Of a stretch of DNA of 56,255 bases, positions 1 to 8,431 are shown piece by piece; position 1 is the first letter of the stretch; every line of letters begins with the position of its first letter. A program made the position numbers and the translations under genes. Below the pieces are notes generated by a model. The model did no database searches and was not told the DNA's origin. It was given only the letters and a program-made list of their open reading frames with translations. This stretch comes from Candidatus Binatia bacterium (lineage in GTDB: Bacteria > Methylomirabilota > Methylomirabilia > Rokubacteriales > CSP1-6), in contig DATKEI010000094.1 of NCBI GenBank assembly GCA_035544455.1, forward strand, positions 1 to 56,255. The letters are read 5' to 3'.

Positions 1-180
1 GTCGAGGACTCGCAGAACGGTCTCCGCGCCGCGAAGGCCGCGGGCATGACCTGTGTCGTGGTCCCCTGTCGGTCGACCGCGGGCCAGGATTTCTCGGGGG
101 CCGACTTCCGGCTCGAGGCCCTGACCGGACTGCTGGAGATCCTGAACCTCGTCGGTCGGCCGGGCGCGGGCCGGCGCTGA
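1..180 (+). CDS. HAD-superfamily hydrolase, C-terminal fragment (gene begins upstream of the window)
   Basis: Frame 1 is open from base 1 to TGA at 178-180. Translation VEDSQNGLRAAKAAGMTCVVVP... resembles the last conserved motif (ExSxxGxxAAxxAGM) of beta-phosphoglucomutase-like HAD hydrolases. Confidence 0.6.
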   Translation, partial: VEDSQNGLRAAKAAGMTCVVVPCRSTAGQDFSGADFRLEALTGLLEILNLVGRPGAGRR

Positions 181-190
181 CGGAGCGGTG

Positions 191-212
191 CGCGCCCCGT
201 CAGGCGGGCGCG
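191..212. terminator. GC-rich hairpin between convergent genes (possible bidirectional terminator, no U-tract)
   Basis: CGCGCCC (191-197) pairs with GGGCGCG (206-212) around an 8-nt loop. It lies between the stop of the + strand fragment (180) and the stop of the - strand gene (214). Confidence 0.25.
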
Positions 213-213
213 G

Positions 214-390
214 TCACGGCGTCTTGCGCGTGGCGAACTGTCGGATGAGGAAGTCGGCGTCGAGGGGTGTCAGATCGAACCTCCGGGCGGCCTCGTCCAT
301 CAGCTTCGTGCGGTCCGCACCCGGGTTGTCGCGAAGCTGCTCATCGATCCACTTGACGGCCTGCTTGATGGGGGCCCCGTCAGCTGCCAT
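214..390 (-). CDS. small hypothetical protein (58 aa), the only minus-strand gene I accept
   Basis: This is the internal ATG of the 214..486 ORF. It is preceded on the minus strand by GGAAGGAGAG with a 5-nt spacer (reverse complement of 391-410). Translation MAADGAPIKQAVKWIDEQLRDNPGADRTKLMDEAARRFDLTPLDADFLIRQFATRKTP has balanced, non-shadow composition. No family recognised. Confidence 0.55.
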   Translation of the reverse strand: MAADGAPIKQAVKWIDEQLRDNPGADRTKLMDEAARRFDLTPLDADFLIRQFATRKTP

Positions 391-458
391 CGCATCTCTC
401 CTTCCATGGCCCGGGCCAGAGTTTCCCGCGGCGTGGCTGGGCGCTCGGACGGGTCCTA

Positions 459-516
459 GAGTAGTGCGCAGTGGGCCAGGGCTCAAGGAGTAGTTTGGAG
501 CGGGCGAGGGCTCAAG
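459..516. repeat. tandem direct repeat, 2 x 29 bp (24/29 identical)
   Basis: Unit A is 459-487 GAGTAGTGCGCAGTGGGCCAGGGCTCAAG. Unit B is 488-516 GAGTAGTTTGGAGCGGGCGAGGGCTCAAG. Both lie in the divergent intergenic region. Confidence 0.8.
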
Positions 517-615
517 CGCGGGCCGGGCCTGGATCGGTCGTCCTTGCCGCAGCCCGTGCCGACCCGGTTCGTGAACGTGCCCTCCACACCCTGCGCGCCC
601 GCCGAGAGAGAGACA

Positions 616-674
616 AATTGGCTGGTATATCGATCATCCAATTGGTGGTTTACAGGGATTCGAAGTGTTGGTAA
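616..674 (+). promoter_or_regulatory. AT-rich patch with direct repeats AATTGG(C)TGGT, candidate MocR operator/promoter region
   Basis: AATTGGCTGGT at 616-626 and AATTGGTGGT at 640-649, 24 bp start to start. TGGTAT at 623-628 and TGGTAA at 669-674. TGGTAT is the reverse complement of the ATACCA repeat bound by the MocR regulator GabR. The patch is directly upstream of the MocR gene. Confidence 0.35.
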
Positions 675-688
675 TGGATGGTGTAGTC

Positions 689-2224
689 ATGAGGATCCCT
701 CTCGATCGAGACTCGGCCGAGCGGCCTCCGCTCGCCCGGCAAATCCAGGAGCACCTGGAGCGGCTGATCCGGCAGGGCCTGCTCGGACCCGGCATCAAGC
801 TCCCGGCGACCCGGGAGCTGGCCCGCGAGCTCGGAGTCAACCGGACCACGGTATCCCAGGCCTACGAGGAGCTGGTGGCATCCGGGTGGGCGAGGGCCCA
901 CGTCGGGCAGGGGACGTTCGTGGCCGAGCGGCCGGTCGAGCGGGGCGCAGTCGGACCCGTTCGCGCGCCGCGGCTCGACTGGTCCGGCACGGTGTCCAAG
1001 GCCGCCCAGATCGCCTCCGCGGACGCTCGCCGGCGCCAGGCGTTCCAGATCGCGCGGCCGGGGCCCGGAGTCATCTCGTTCGCGGGCGGGATGCCCGACA
1101 GCGCCCTGTTCCCCACCGAGGCGTTCGGCCAGGTGATCGGCCGGGTCATCCGGGACGAAGGCCGGGAGCTTCTCCAGTACTACCCGGCCTCGGGGTACCC
1201 CCCGCTGCGCGAGTACCTCGCCCAGTACCTGCTGCGGTTCGGCATGGAGGTGCGGCCGGAGGAGATCCTGATCGTCAACGGGTCGCAGCAGGCCTTCGAC
1301 CTCGTGACGCGGACGCTCGTGGATCCCGGTGACACCGTCGCCATCGAGGATCCGTCGTACCCGAGGGCGGTCCAGGTCTTCCGGGCAGCGGGTGCCCAGC
1401 TCCTGCCCCTCCCCCTGACGTCGAGCGGGGACGGCTGGGGGGGCCTCAGCGTCCCGGCGCTCGAGCGAGTGCTGTCGCGGCAGGTCCCCAAGCTCCTCTA
1501 CTGTCAGCCGGGCGCCCACAACCCGACTGGCGCCACCATGGAGGAGCCGGCGCGTCAGCGGCTGGTCGAACTCGCGGCGAGGCACCGGATGCCGATCCTG
1601 GAGGACGGCTTCGACGCCGGCCCGTTCTACCTGGCGCGGCCGCCCGCGCCGCTCAAGGCCATGGACCCCGCGGGGGTCGTCATCTACGTCGGCACCTTCT
1701 CGAAGATCCTCTTCCCCGGCCTCCGCCTGGGCTGGGTCGTCGCCGCCCCGGAGCTGATCGAGCGGCTGGAGACGGCGAAGGAGCTGGCCGACATTCACAC
1801 GAGCCCCCTGCTCCAGGCCGCGGTCCACCGCTTCTGCGAGCGGCACCTGCTCGAGCGGCACCAGGCGCGGGTGCTCCGCGAGTACACGGAGCGCCGGGCG
1901 CGGCTGCTGGGGGCGCTCGACCGCCTGATGCCTCCGGGCGTGACCTGGAGCATCCCGCGCGGCGGCTTCTGCCTGGTGGTGACCGTACCCGGCGACGCGT
2001 CCGTCCTCCTGGCGCGGGCGCTCGCGCGGGGCGTCGCGTTCGTGCCCGGCAACGCCTTCTTCGTGGACGGCGGCGGCGAGCGGATGCTGCGGCTGTCGTT
2101 CTCGTCGGTGACGCCGGCGGAGATCGAGGAGGGCGTGCGGCGCCTCGCCGAGGCGGTGCGAGACCTGGAGCGCCAGCCCGGGCCCGCGGTCGCGCCACGC
2201 GAAGCCGCGGTGCCGCTCGTCTGA
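689..2224 (+). CDS. MocR/PdxR-type transcriptional regulator (GntR wHTH fused to a class I aminotransferase-like PLP domain)
   Basis: N-terminus MRIPLDRDSAERPPLARQIQEHLERLIRQGLLGPGIKLPATRELARELGVNRTTVSQAYEELVASGW is a GntR HTH. It is followed by about 400 aa of aminotransferase fold (..YYPASGYPPLREYL.., ..YVGTFSKILFPGLRLGW..). Alternative starts lie at 665, 668 and 674. Confidence 0.9.
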   Translation: MRIPLDRDSAERPPLARQIQEHLERLIRQGLLGPGIKLPATRELARELGVNRTTVSQAYEELVASGWARAHVGQGTFVAERPVERGAVGPVRAPRLDWSGTVSKAAQIASADARRRQAFQIARPGPGVISFAGGMPDSALFPTEAFGQVIGRVIRDEGRELLQYYPASGYPPLREYLAQYLLRFGMEVRPEEILIVNGSQQAFDLVTRTLVDPGDTVAIEDPSYPRAVQVFRAAGAQLLPLPLTSSGDGWGGLSVPALERVLSRQVPKLLYCQPGAHNPTGATMEEPARQRLVELAARHRMPILEDGFDAGPFYLARPPAPLKAMDPAGVVIYVGTFSKILFPGLRLGWVVAAPELIERLETAKELADIHTSPLLQAAVHRFCERHLLERHQARVLREYTERRARLLGALDRLMPPGVTWSIPRGGFCLVVTVPGDASVLLARALARGVAFVPGNAFFVDGGGERMLRLSFSSVTPAEIEEGVRRLAEAVRDLERQPGPAVAPREAAVPLV

Positions 2225-2248
2225 ATGGACCCGAGGGGGACAGGCGAC

Positions 2249-3412
2249 ATGAGATTCGACACGGTGGTGGCGCGGGGCGGGCGCGACGCCCCGTCGCGGA
2301 GCCGGCCCTTGACGCCGCCGATCTACCAGACGAACGTCTACGTCTTCGAGGACATGGACGCGGTTGAGGCCGTGTGGGAAGGCAAGGAGCCGGGCTTCGT
2401 CTACGGGCGCTATGGGACGGGGAACCACCGGATGCTCGAGGAAATGGTCGCCGCGCTCGAGGGTGCCGAGGCCGGCGTGGCGTGCGCGTCCGGCATGGGC
2501 GCGACCACCGCGCTCCTGGTCGGTCTCCTCGGCGCCGGCGACCACCTCGTGGCCGCGCGCGACCTGTACGGCACCACGGCGGCCTCCCTCCAGACCGACG
2601 GGCGCCGCCTGGGCCTGGAGACCACGTTCGTCGATGCGACGGATCCGGAGCGCGTGCTGGCCGCCCTGCGCGGAGCGACCCGGGCCGTGTTCGTGGAGGC
2701 GATCTCGAACCCGCTCCTGCGGCTGGTGGACCTGCCCGCGCTCGGCGGCGCGCTCGGCGAGCGCGGCATCGATCTCGTGGTCGATGCGTCCATGGCGTCC
2801 CCGGCGGTGCTGCGCCCCATCGACCACGGGGCGACCATCGTCATGCACAGTCTGACGAAGTTCATCTCCGGCCACGGCGATGTCACCGGGGGCATGGTCC
2901 TGGGCCGTCGCGAAGCGATGGAGAGGATCCGGGCGGCCATGATCCGGATGGGGACGAACCTCGGGCCCTTCGATGCGTGGCTGGCCGCGCGCGGGGCCCG
3001 GACCCTCTCCGTCCGGATGGAGCGCCAGAGCGCCAACGCGCTCCGCCTGGCCGGCGCACTGCAGGGGCATCCCTCGGTGGCGAGGGTCTACTACCCGGGG
3101 CTCGATTCCCATCCGCAGCGCGCGCTGGCGCGGCGGATGATGCCGGGGCCGGCCGGCGCCATGCTGTCTCTTGATCTCACCGGCGGTGCGGCCGCGGTCG
3201 AGCGCTTCATGGGTCGGACGCGCCTGGTGGAGTTCGCTCCGAGCTTCGGCGACGTGGCGACGACGTGGACGTACCCCGCGCGCACCTCGCACCGGCGGGT
3301 TCCGGACGAGGACAAGGCGGCCGTGGGCATCGGTCCCGGACTCGTCCGGCTGTCGGTGGGGCTGGAGGACGCCGACGACCTCGTTGCCGACATGGAGCGG
3401 GCCCTTGAGTAA
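2249..3412 (+). CDS. Cys/Met-metabolism PLP-dependent enzyme (cystathionine gamma-synthase / methionine gamma-lyase / O-acylhomoserine sulfhydrylase family)
   Basis: Contains PPIYQTNVYVF, ASGMGATTALL and the PLP-lysine motif HSLTKFISGHGD. The ORF track starts at 2225; the ATG at 2249 fits the family N-terminus. Confidence 0.88.
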   Translation: MRFDTVVARGGRDAPSRSRPLTPPIYQTNVYVFEDMDAVEAVWEGKEPGFVYGRYGTGNHRMLEEMVAALEGAEAGVACASGMGATTALLVGLLGAGDHLVAARDLYGTTAASLQTDGRRLGLETTFVDATDPERVLAALRGATRAVFVEAISNPLLRLVDLPALGGALGERGIDLVVDASMASPAVLRPIDHGATIVMHSLTKFISGHGDVTGGMVLGRREAMERIRAAMIRMGTNLGPFDAWLAARGARTLSVRMERQSANALRLAGALQGHPSVARVYYPGLDSHPQRALARRMMPGPAGAMLSLDLTGGAAAVERFMGRTRLVEFAPSFGDVATTWTYPARTSHRRVPDEDKAAVGIGPGLVRLSVGLEDADDLVADMERALE

Positions 3413-4058
3413 GCTCCTCGAGACCCGCTCCACGGCCGTGCGGCCGGTGGTCCTCGAAGGTCGCCACGTGCGTCTCGAGCCGCTCGCGCCGGGCCACGTC
3501 GAGCCCCTCCTCGCCGCCGCCCGCGGGCCGCGCGACACCTACGGCTTCACGCTCGTGCCCGGGGCCGTCGCCGACATGGATCGCTACGTGGCCGCCGCGC
3601 TCGCGGACCAGGAGGCCGGCCGGGCCGTGCCCTTCGCGACGCTCGACCGGGCGAGCGGCGCCGTGGTGGGCAGCACGCGGTTCTTCAACATCGAGTTCTG
3701 GCCATGGTCCCCCGGGAACCTCCACCAGCGAGGGGAGGACCGGCCGGACGTGGTCGAGATCGGCTGGACGTGGCTGACCGCCGCGTCCCAGCGCACCCCG
3801 CTCAACACGGAGGCCAAGCTCCTGATGCTCCGCCACGCCTTCGAGGTGTGGCGCGTGCATCGGGTGAGCTTCATGACGGACGCGCGCAACACCCGTTCAC
3901 GGAACGCGATCCTCCGTCTCGGCGCCCGCTTCGACGGCGTCCTGCGGGTGCACCGCATCGCGTCCGACGGCGGCATCCGGGACACCGCGGCCTTCTCGAT
4001 CGTGGAGGCCGAGTGGCCCGAGGTGCAGCGGAACCTACAGCGCCGGCTCGGCCGGTAG
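3405..4058 (+). CDS. GNAT-family N-acetyltransferase (RimJ/RimL-like)
   Basis: In frame within ORF 3171..4058. The TTG at 3405 gives [36 protein letters not shown]..., a typical RimJ-like start. Acetyl-CoA region [51 protein letters not shown]. The start codon is uncertain. Confidence 0.7.
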   Translation: MSKLLETRSTAVRPVVLEGRHVRLEPLAPGHVEPLLAAARGPRDTYGFTLVPGAVADMDRYVAAALADQEAGRAVPFATLDRASGAVVGSTRFFNIEFWPWSPGNLHQRGEDRPDVVEIGWTWLTAASQRTPLNTEAKLLMLRHAFEVWRVHRVSFMTDARNTRSRNAILRLGARFDGVLRVHRIASDGGIRDTAAFSIVEAEWPEVQRNLQRRLGR

Positions 4059-4074
4059 AGAGGAGACACGGACG

Positions 4075-4971
4075 ATGGCTCAGCAGCAGACGGAAGTGGG
4101 CACGCTCCGGCTCAAGGTCGGGCTGGCCGAGATGCTGAAGGGCGGGGTGATCATGGACGTCACCAACGCCGAACAGGCCAGGATCGCCGAGGACGCCGGG
4201 GCCACGGCGGTCATGGCCCTCGAGCGGGTGCCGGCAGACATCCGCAAGGAGGGCGGGGTGGCCCGCATGTCGCCGGTGAGGAAGATCAAGGAGATCCAGC
4301 AGGCGGTGTCCATCCCGGTGATGGCCAAGTGCCGGATCGGACACTTCGTCGAGGCGCAGGTGCTGGAGGCGCTCGGCGTCGACTACATCGACGAGTCCGA
4401 GGTGCTCACCCCCGCCGACGAGCACTTCCACGTCGACAAGTTCGCGTTCAAGGTGCCGTTCGTGTGCGGCGCCCGTGACCTCGGCGAGGCGCTGCGCCGC
4501 ATCGGGGAGGGAGCGGCCATGATGCGCACCAAGGGCGAGGCCGGCTCGGGCAACATCGTGGAGGCGGTGCGGCATATGCGCGCAGTGACCTCGGGAATCA
4601 AGCGCCTGACCACGCTGGGGGCCGAGGAGATGATGACCGAGGCCAAGACGCTGGGGGCTCCCTACGAGCTGGTCCGCTGGATCGCCGCCAACGGCAAGCT
4701 GCCGGTGCCGAACTTCTCGGCGGGAGGGATCGCCACGCCGGCCGACGCCGCGCTCATGATGCAGCTCGGCGCCGAGGCGGTGTTCGTGGGCTCGGGCATC
4801 TTCAAGTCGTCGGACCCGGCGGCGCGCGCCCGGGCCATCGTCCAGGCCACCACCCACTACAAGGACCCGGACGTCCTCGCCAAGGTCTCCGAGGACCTGG
4901 GCGAGGCCATGCCGGGCATCGAGATGTCGAAGCTCAAGGAGTCGGATCTGCTCCAGACCCGCGGCTGGTAG
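4075..4971 (+). CDS. pdxS: pyridoxal 5'-phosphate synthase, lyase subunit PdxS
   Basis: Contains [45 protein letters not shown] and [21 protein letters not shown] lies upstream of the ATG. Confidence 0.97.
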   Translation: MAQQQTEVGTLRLKVGLAEMLKGGVIMDVTNAEQARIAEDAGATAVMALERVPADIRKEGGVARMSPVRKIKEIQQAVSIPVMAKCRIGHFVEAQVLEALGVDYIDESEVLTPADEHFHVDKFAFKVPFVCGARDLGEALRRIGEGAAMMRTKGEAGSGNIVEAVRHMRAVTSGIKRLTTLGAEEMMTEAKTLGAPYELVRWIAANGKLPVPNFSAGGIATPADAALMMQLGAEAVFVGSGIFKSSDPAARARAIVQATTHYKDPDVLAKVSEDLGEAMPGIEMSKLKESDLLQTRGW

Positions 4972-5106
4972 GTCTCGGCCCACCAGTCGTGGCGTGGGAG
5001 GGCAGGGGCAGGGTGGCGCCGTGGACGGACACATCGGCCCGCGAGCGGAGCGCCCCCTGTCCCGCGGCCCTCTCCAGAGAGGAACCGGGGGTAGCCGCGG
5101 CCGGCG

Positions 5107-5790
5107 ATGCGACGGAAACACGCGATGGCAAGACGGGGCGAGACCGGGAGAGAGACACGGCGCGCGTCGACGATCGGCGTGCTGGCGCTCCAGGGGGATT
5201 TCGGGCTCCACGCCAGGGTGCTCGCGCGGCTCGGCGTGCCGACGGCGGAGGTGCGCAAGCCCGAGCAACTCGCCCACGTGGACGGCCTCATCATGCCCGG
5301 GGGCGAGAGCACCACCCTGCTCAAGCTCATCGACGCCTGGGACTTCGTGCCCGCGCTGGAGACGTTCCACGCAACCGGCAAGCCGATCTTCGGCACGTGT
5401 GCCGGCCTCATCCTCCTCGCCCGCGACGTCCTGAGCCCCGCCCAGTCCTCGCTGGGCCTGATCGACATCACCGCCGAGCGCAATGCGTACGGGCGGCAGA
5501 GGGAATCGTTCGAAACCGAGCTGGCCGCCGACCTCGGCCACGGCCCCGCGACCCTCAAGGCCGTCTTCATCCGCGCTCCGCGCATCCGGCGCCTCGGCCC
5601 GGAGGTCACGCCTCTGGCCGAGCATCGCGGCGAGTGCGTGATGGCCCGGCAGGGCACCGTGCTGGTCGCCGCCTTCCATCCCGAACTGACCGACGACACG
5701 ACCGTCCACGACTACTTCACCCGCATGGTCCGGTCCCGCGAAGTGGCCCCGGCCGGCCCGGGAGATGGCAGCCGGGATCGCCCGGCTTGA
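5107..5790 (+). CDS. pdxT: pyridoxal 5'-phosphate synthase, glutaminase subunit PdxT
   Basis: Contains IGVLALQGDF, MPGGESTTLLKL, GTCAGLILL (catalytic Cys) and AAFHPELT. The start is uncertain (5107 or 5125). Either gives a 15-21 aa basic N-terminal extension relative to typical PdxT. Confidence 0.93.
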   Translation: MRRKHAMARRGETGRETRRASTIGVLALQGDFGLHARVLARLGVPTAEVRKPEQLAHVDGLIMPGGESTTLLKLIDAWDFVPALETFHATGKPIFGTCAGLILLARDVLSPAQSSLGLIDITAERNAYGRQRESFETELAADLGHGPATLKAVFIRAPRIRRLGPEVTPLAEHRGECVMARQGTVLVAAFHPELTDDTTVHDYFTRMVRSREVAPAGPGDGSRDRPA

Positions 5791-5813
5791 CAGCGCTGAG
5801 GTAGGGTGATACT
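5787..5813 (+). promoter_or_regulatory. sigma-70-like promoter for the oxidoreductase operon
   Basis: TTGACA at 5787-5792 overlaps the pdxT stop codon. It is followed either by 15 nt then GATACT (5808-5813), or by 17 nt then TACTGG with an upstream TG. Confidence 0.4.
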
Positions 5814-5825
5814 GGTCTGACCAGT
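5811..5825. promoter_or_regulatory. FadR/PdhR-type operator palindrome ACTGGTC-T-GACCAGT
   Basis: Perfect 7+1+7 palindrome overlapping the -10 region, followed by a third half-site GACCAG at 5827-5832. It closely matches the E. coli FadR-type site CTGGTxxGACCAG. Confidence 0.5.
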
Positions 5826-5933
5826 CGACCAGAGCCTACACTTCCGCGAACAAGCCGGCGGTCCGCGCTGTCAACCGGCGAGGCACGGTCGGACGGGTCG
5901 GGCGGTTTCGAGGGGACTCCAAGAGGAGGGAGC

Positions 5934-7142
5934 ATGGCAGCCTTCACCTGCGAAGTGGTCTACCGCGGCATCTTCCAGAAGAACCTGGCGGCGCGCATCT
6001 GTCGCGGCATCGTCCTGTCGGCGCGCAAGGCGGGGCGCTGGGGTATCGCCTTCGGTCGCTACGGCGACAGCCCCCAGCGCAACGGCATCCCGGCCAAGGA
6101 CTTCGCCATCGTGGCCGACAGCCAGGAAGAGCTCGAGCAGAACATGGCGCGCTACGAGCCCAAGGAGGTGGACGTCACCATCTGCGTCGACGACACCCTG
6201 TCCAAGGGCGTCGAGTCGTGGGCGTGGTATGGCCTGCAGCCGATCAACCGGCTCACGCTGCCCGGCGGGACCGTGCTCATGACCTCGCTCCAGAGCCCGG
6301 ACGAGCTGCTCAGGGACATTCACAAGAAGGACGCGCCGTGGAACCTTGCCCTCATCCGGGCCAAGGCCTCCTTCTCGGGCCTCTGGGTCTACCGGGAGGA
6401 CCACACGGAGGCGCGCATCCTCGGCGCCCTGGCCCGGCTCAAGCCGGAGTTCCTGTCGCTCGAGGCGGTCGGGCAGGCCATCGCGGAGGCGGAGTGGGGG
6501 AGCGACCTGAAGGTCGCCTCCGCGCGCAAGGCCCACGATCGCCTCGAGGTGCGGCCGGTGACGATGGCCGAGGGGAACGGCGAGGTGCCCTTCTCGTTCG
6601 AGATGCCGAAGTGGTGGGAGATGCGGGAGGGCGTCACGATCCCGGCCATTCCCGTGGGCAAGCCCATGGAGGGGGGCAAGGGCTACGTGCCCGAGCGGAA
6701 CCCGTACTTCAAGAAGTACACGACGCGCACCATGCGGCCGGTGATCGACTTCGACAAGTGCGTGAAGTGCACGCTCTGCTGGCTGCAGTGCCCGGACTCC
6801 TGCTTCGACATCACCCCCGACGGGCTGTACGACGCCAACATGGAGTCCTGCTGCGGGTGCGGGGTGTGCGAGGCGGTGTGTCCGGCCAAGGACTGCGTGA
6901 CCATGGTCAACGAGGCCGTGTTCGACGACAACGCGAGCCAGTGGGAGATGTGGCGGCACGACAAGGGGCAGTACCACACGTGGCTCGTCGACAAGATCAG
7001 CGACACCAGGCACGTGGCGCGCTCGCACGGCTTCCGGTTTCGCGGCCAGTACCAGGAGGAGATCAAGGCCGAGCTGGACTCGGGCGGGGTGACGATCACC
7101 GCGGGCATCCCCGGCGAGAACGCCGACCGCAAGCAGGCCTGA
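5934..7142 (+). CDS. 2-oxoacid:ferredoxin oxidoreductase, fused gamma-delta subunit (domain III plus 2x[4Fe-4S] ferredoxin domain)
   Basis: The N-terminal roughly 200 aa align by eye with PorG/KorC but lack the GxGGQG loop. Two CxxCxxCxxxCP motifs are present: CVKCTLCWLQCP and CCGCGVCEAVCP. AGGAGGGAGC lies upstream of the ATG. Confidence 0.85.
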   Translation: MAAFTCEVVYRGIFQKNLAARICRGIVLSARKAGRWGIAFGRYGDSPQRNGIPAKDFAIVADSQEELEQNMARYEPKEVDVTICVDDTLSKGVESWAWYGLQPINRLTLPGGTVLMTSLQSPDELLRDIHKKDAPWNLALIRAKASFSGLWVYREDHTEARILGALARLKPEFLSLEAVGQAIAEAEWGSDLKVASARKAHDRLEVRPVTMAEGNGEVPFSFEMPKWWEMREGVTIPAIPVGKPMEGGKGYVPERNPYFKKYTTRTMRPVIDFDKCVKCTLCWLQCPDSCFDITPDGLYDANMESCCGCGVCEAVCPAKDCVTMVNEAVFDDNASQWEMWRHDKGQYHTWLVDKISDTRHVARSHGFRFRGQYQEEIKAELDSGGVTITAGIPGENADRKQA

Positions 7143-7156
7143 CAGGAGGACGGGAG

Positions 7157-8386
7157 ATGGCCGTGGAGACGAGGGCGGCGCCGGGCGTCGCCGACGACAA
7201 GGAGATGCTCATCTCGGGGAGCGAGGCATGCGCCGAGGCCCTCGCCCTCGCCGACATCGACGTGGTCACCGCGTATCCCATCCGGCCCTACGACACGGTG
7301 ATGCAGGCCATCGCCCGCAAGATCGCGAACGGCCACCTCGTCGCCGAGTACATCGTGGCGGAGGGGGAGCACAGCCAGTTCGAGATCGTCAAGCACGCCT
7401 CGACGGTGGGCGCGCGCGTATTCTGCGGCTCGTCCGGGGTGGGGTGGATGTACGCGATGGAGTGCCTGACCGTCACCCCGCCCCTGCGCGTGCCCATGAT
7501 CTGCATGGTGGGCAACCGCGCCCTCGACGACCCCGGTGCGTTCGGCGTCGAGCACAACGACGCCCTCGTCGTGCGCGACCTCGGCTGGATGCTCATCTGG
7601 GTCGACACCGCCCAGGAGATGCTGGACACCACGCTGCTGGCCTACCGCATCGCCGAGGACCGGCGGGTGTTCCTGCCCCTGGCCATGTCCGCGGACGGCG
7701 CCTTCCTCACCCACTCCCAGGCGCTGGTCCAGGTGCCGACCCGGGCCAAGGTCGAGAAGTTCCTGCCCCGGTACGACCGGGGCGACCTCCTGCTCCACCC
7801 GGACAATCCGATCACGGTCGCGCCCCAGGCCAACGAGGACTGGGTCATCGAGATCCGGCGGCAGAACAACGAGGCGATGGCGCGCGCCTCCACCGTGATC
7901 GAGGAGGCCTACGCCGAGTTCCGCACGGTGTTCGGGCGCGGCCCCGAGAACCCGTGGTTCGAGGAATACATGACCGACGACGCCGAGATCATTCTGCTCG
8001 GGATGGGCACCATCTCGCTGCCGTTCAAGGTGGCCATCCGGCAGATGCGGGCAGAGGGCAAGAAGGTCGGCCTCATCCGTCCCCGCTGGTTCCGACCGTT
8101 CCCGACGGAGCGACTGGTGCGCGCCCTCGAAGGGGCGCACGCCATCGGCGTCATCGATCGGGACTATTCCTTCGGGTCGCCGTTCGGATCGGGCGTGCTC
8201 GCCAACGAGATCCGGGCCGCCATGTACAACGCGGACACGCGGCCCCCCCTGCTGTCGTTCATCTGCGGCCTCGGCGGCCGCGAGGTGACATTGCCGGACG
8301 TGTACAAGGCGACCGAGATGTGCTTCGAGGCGGCGCGGAGCGGCAAGTCCCCCCAGCGGACGAGCTGGCTCGGCGTGCGGGAATGA
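7157..8386 (+). CDS. 2-oxoacid:ferredoxin oxidoreductase alpha subunit
   Basis: ATG at 7157, in frame within ORF 6218..8386, preceded by GGAGGACGGGAG. Contains SGSEACAEALALADIDVVTAYPIRPYD (YPITP-motif region, here YPIRP) and ..GSSGVGWMYAME... Confidence 0.9.
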   Translation: MAVETRAAPGVADDKEMLISGSEACAEALALADIDVVTAYPIRPYDTVMQAIARKIANGHLVAEYIVAEGEHSQFEIVKHASTVGARVFCGSSGVGWMYAMECLTVTPPLRVPMICMVGNRALDDPGAFGVEHNDALVVRDLGWMLIWVDTAQEMLDTTLLAYRIAEDRRVFLPLAMSADGAFLTHSQALVQVPTRAKVEKFLPRYDRGDLLLHPDNPITVAPQANEDWVIEIRRQNNEAMARASTVIEEAYAEFRTVFGRGPENPWFEEYMTDDAEIILLGMGTISLPFKVAIRQMRAEGKKVGLIRPRWFRPFPTERLVRALEGAHAIGVIDRDYSFGSPFGSGVLANEIRAAMYNADTRPPLLSFICGLGGREVTLPDVYKATEMCFEAARSGKSPQRTSWLGVRE

Positions 8387-8431
8387 CGGGGACGGCGCCA
8401 CCGCGCACCGTGCCAGGGAGGCCACGACATC

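Noticed and set aside
4972-5106. 135-nt spacer between pdxS and pdxT as a possible regulatory RNA.
   Set aside because: I could not find a convincing stem-loop, promoter or conserved motif by eye. The spacer length partly depends on the uncertain pdxT start.
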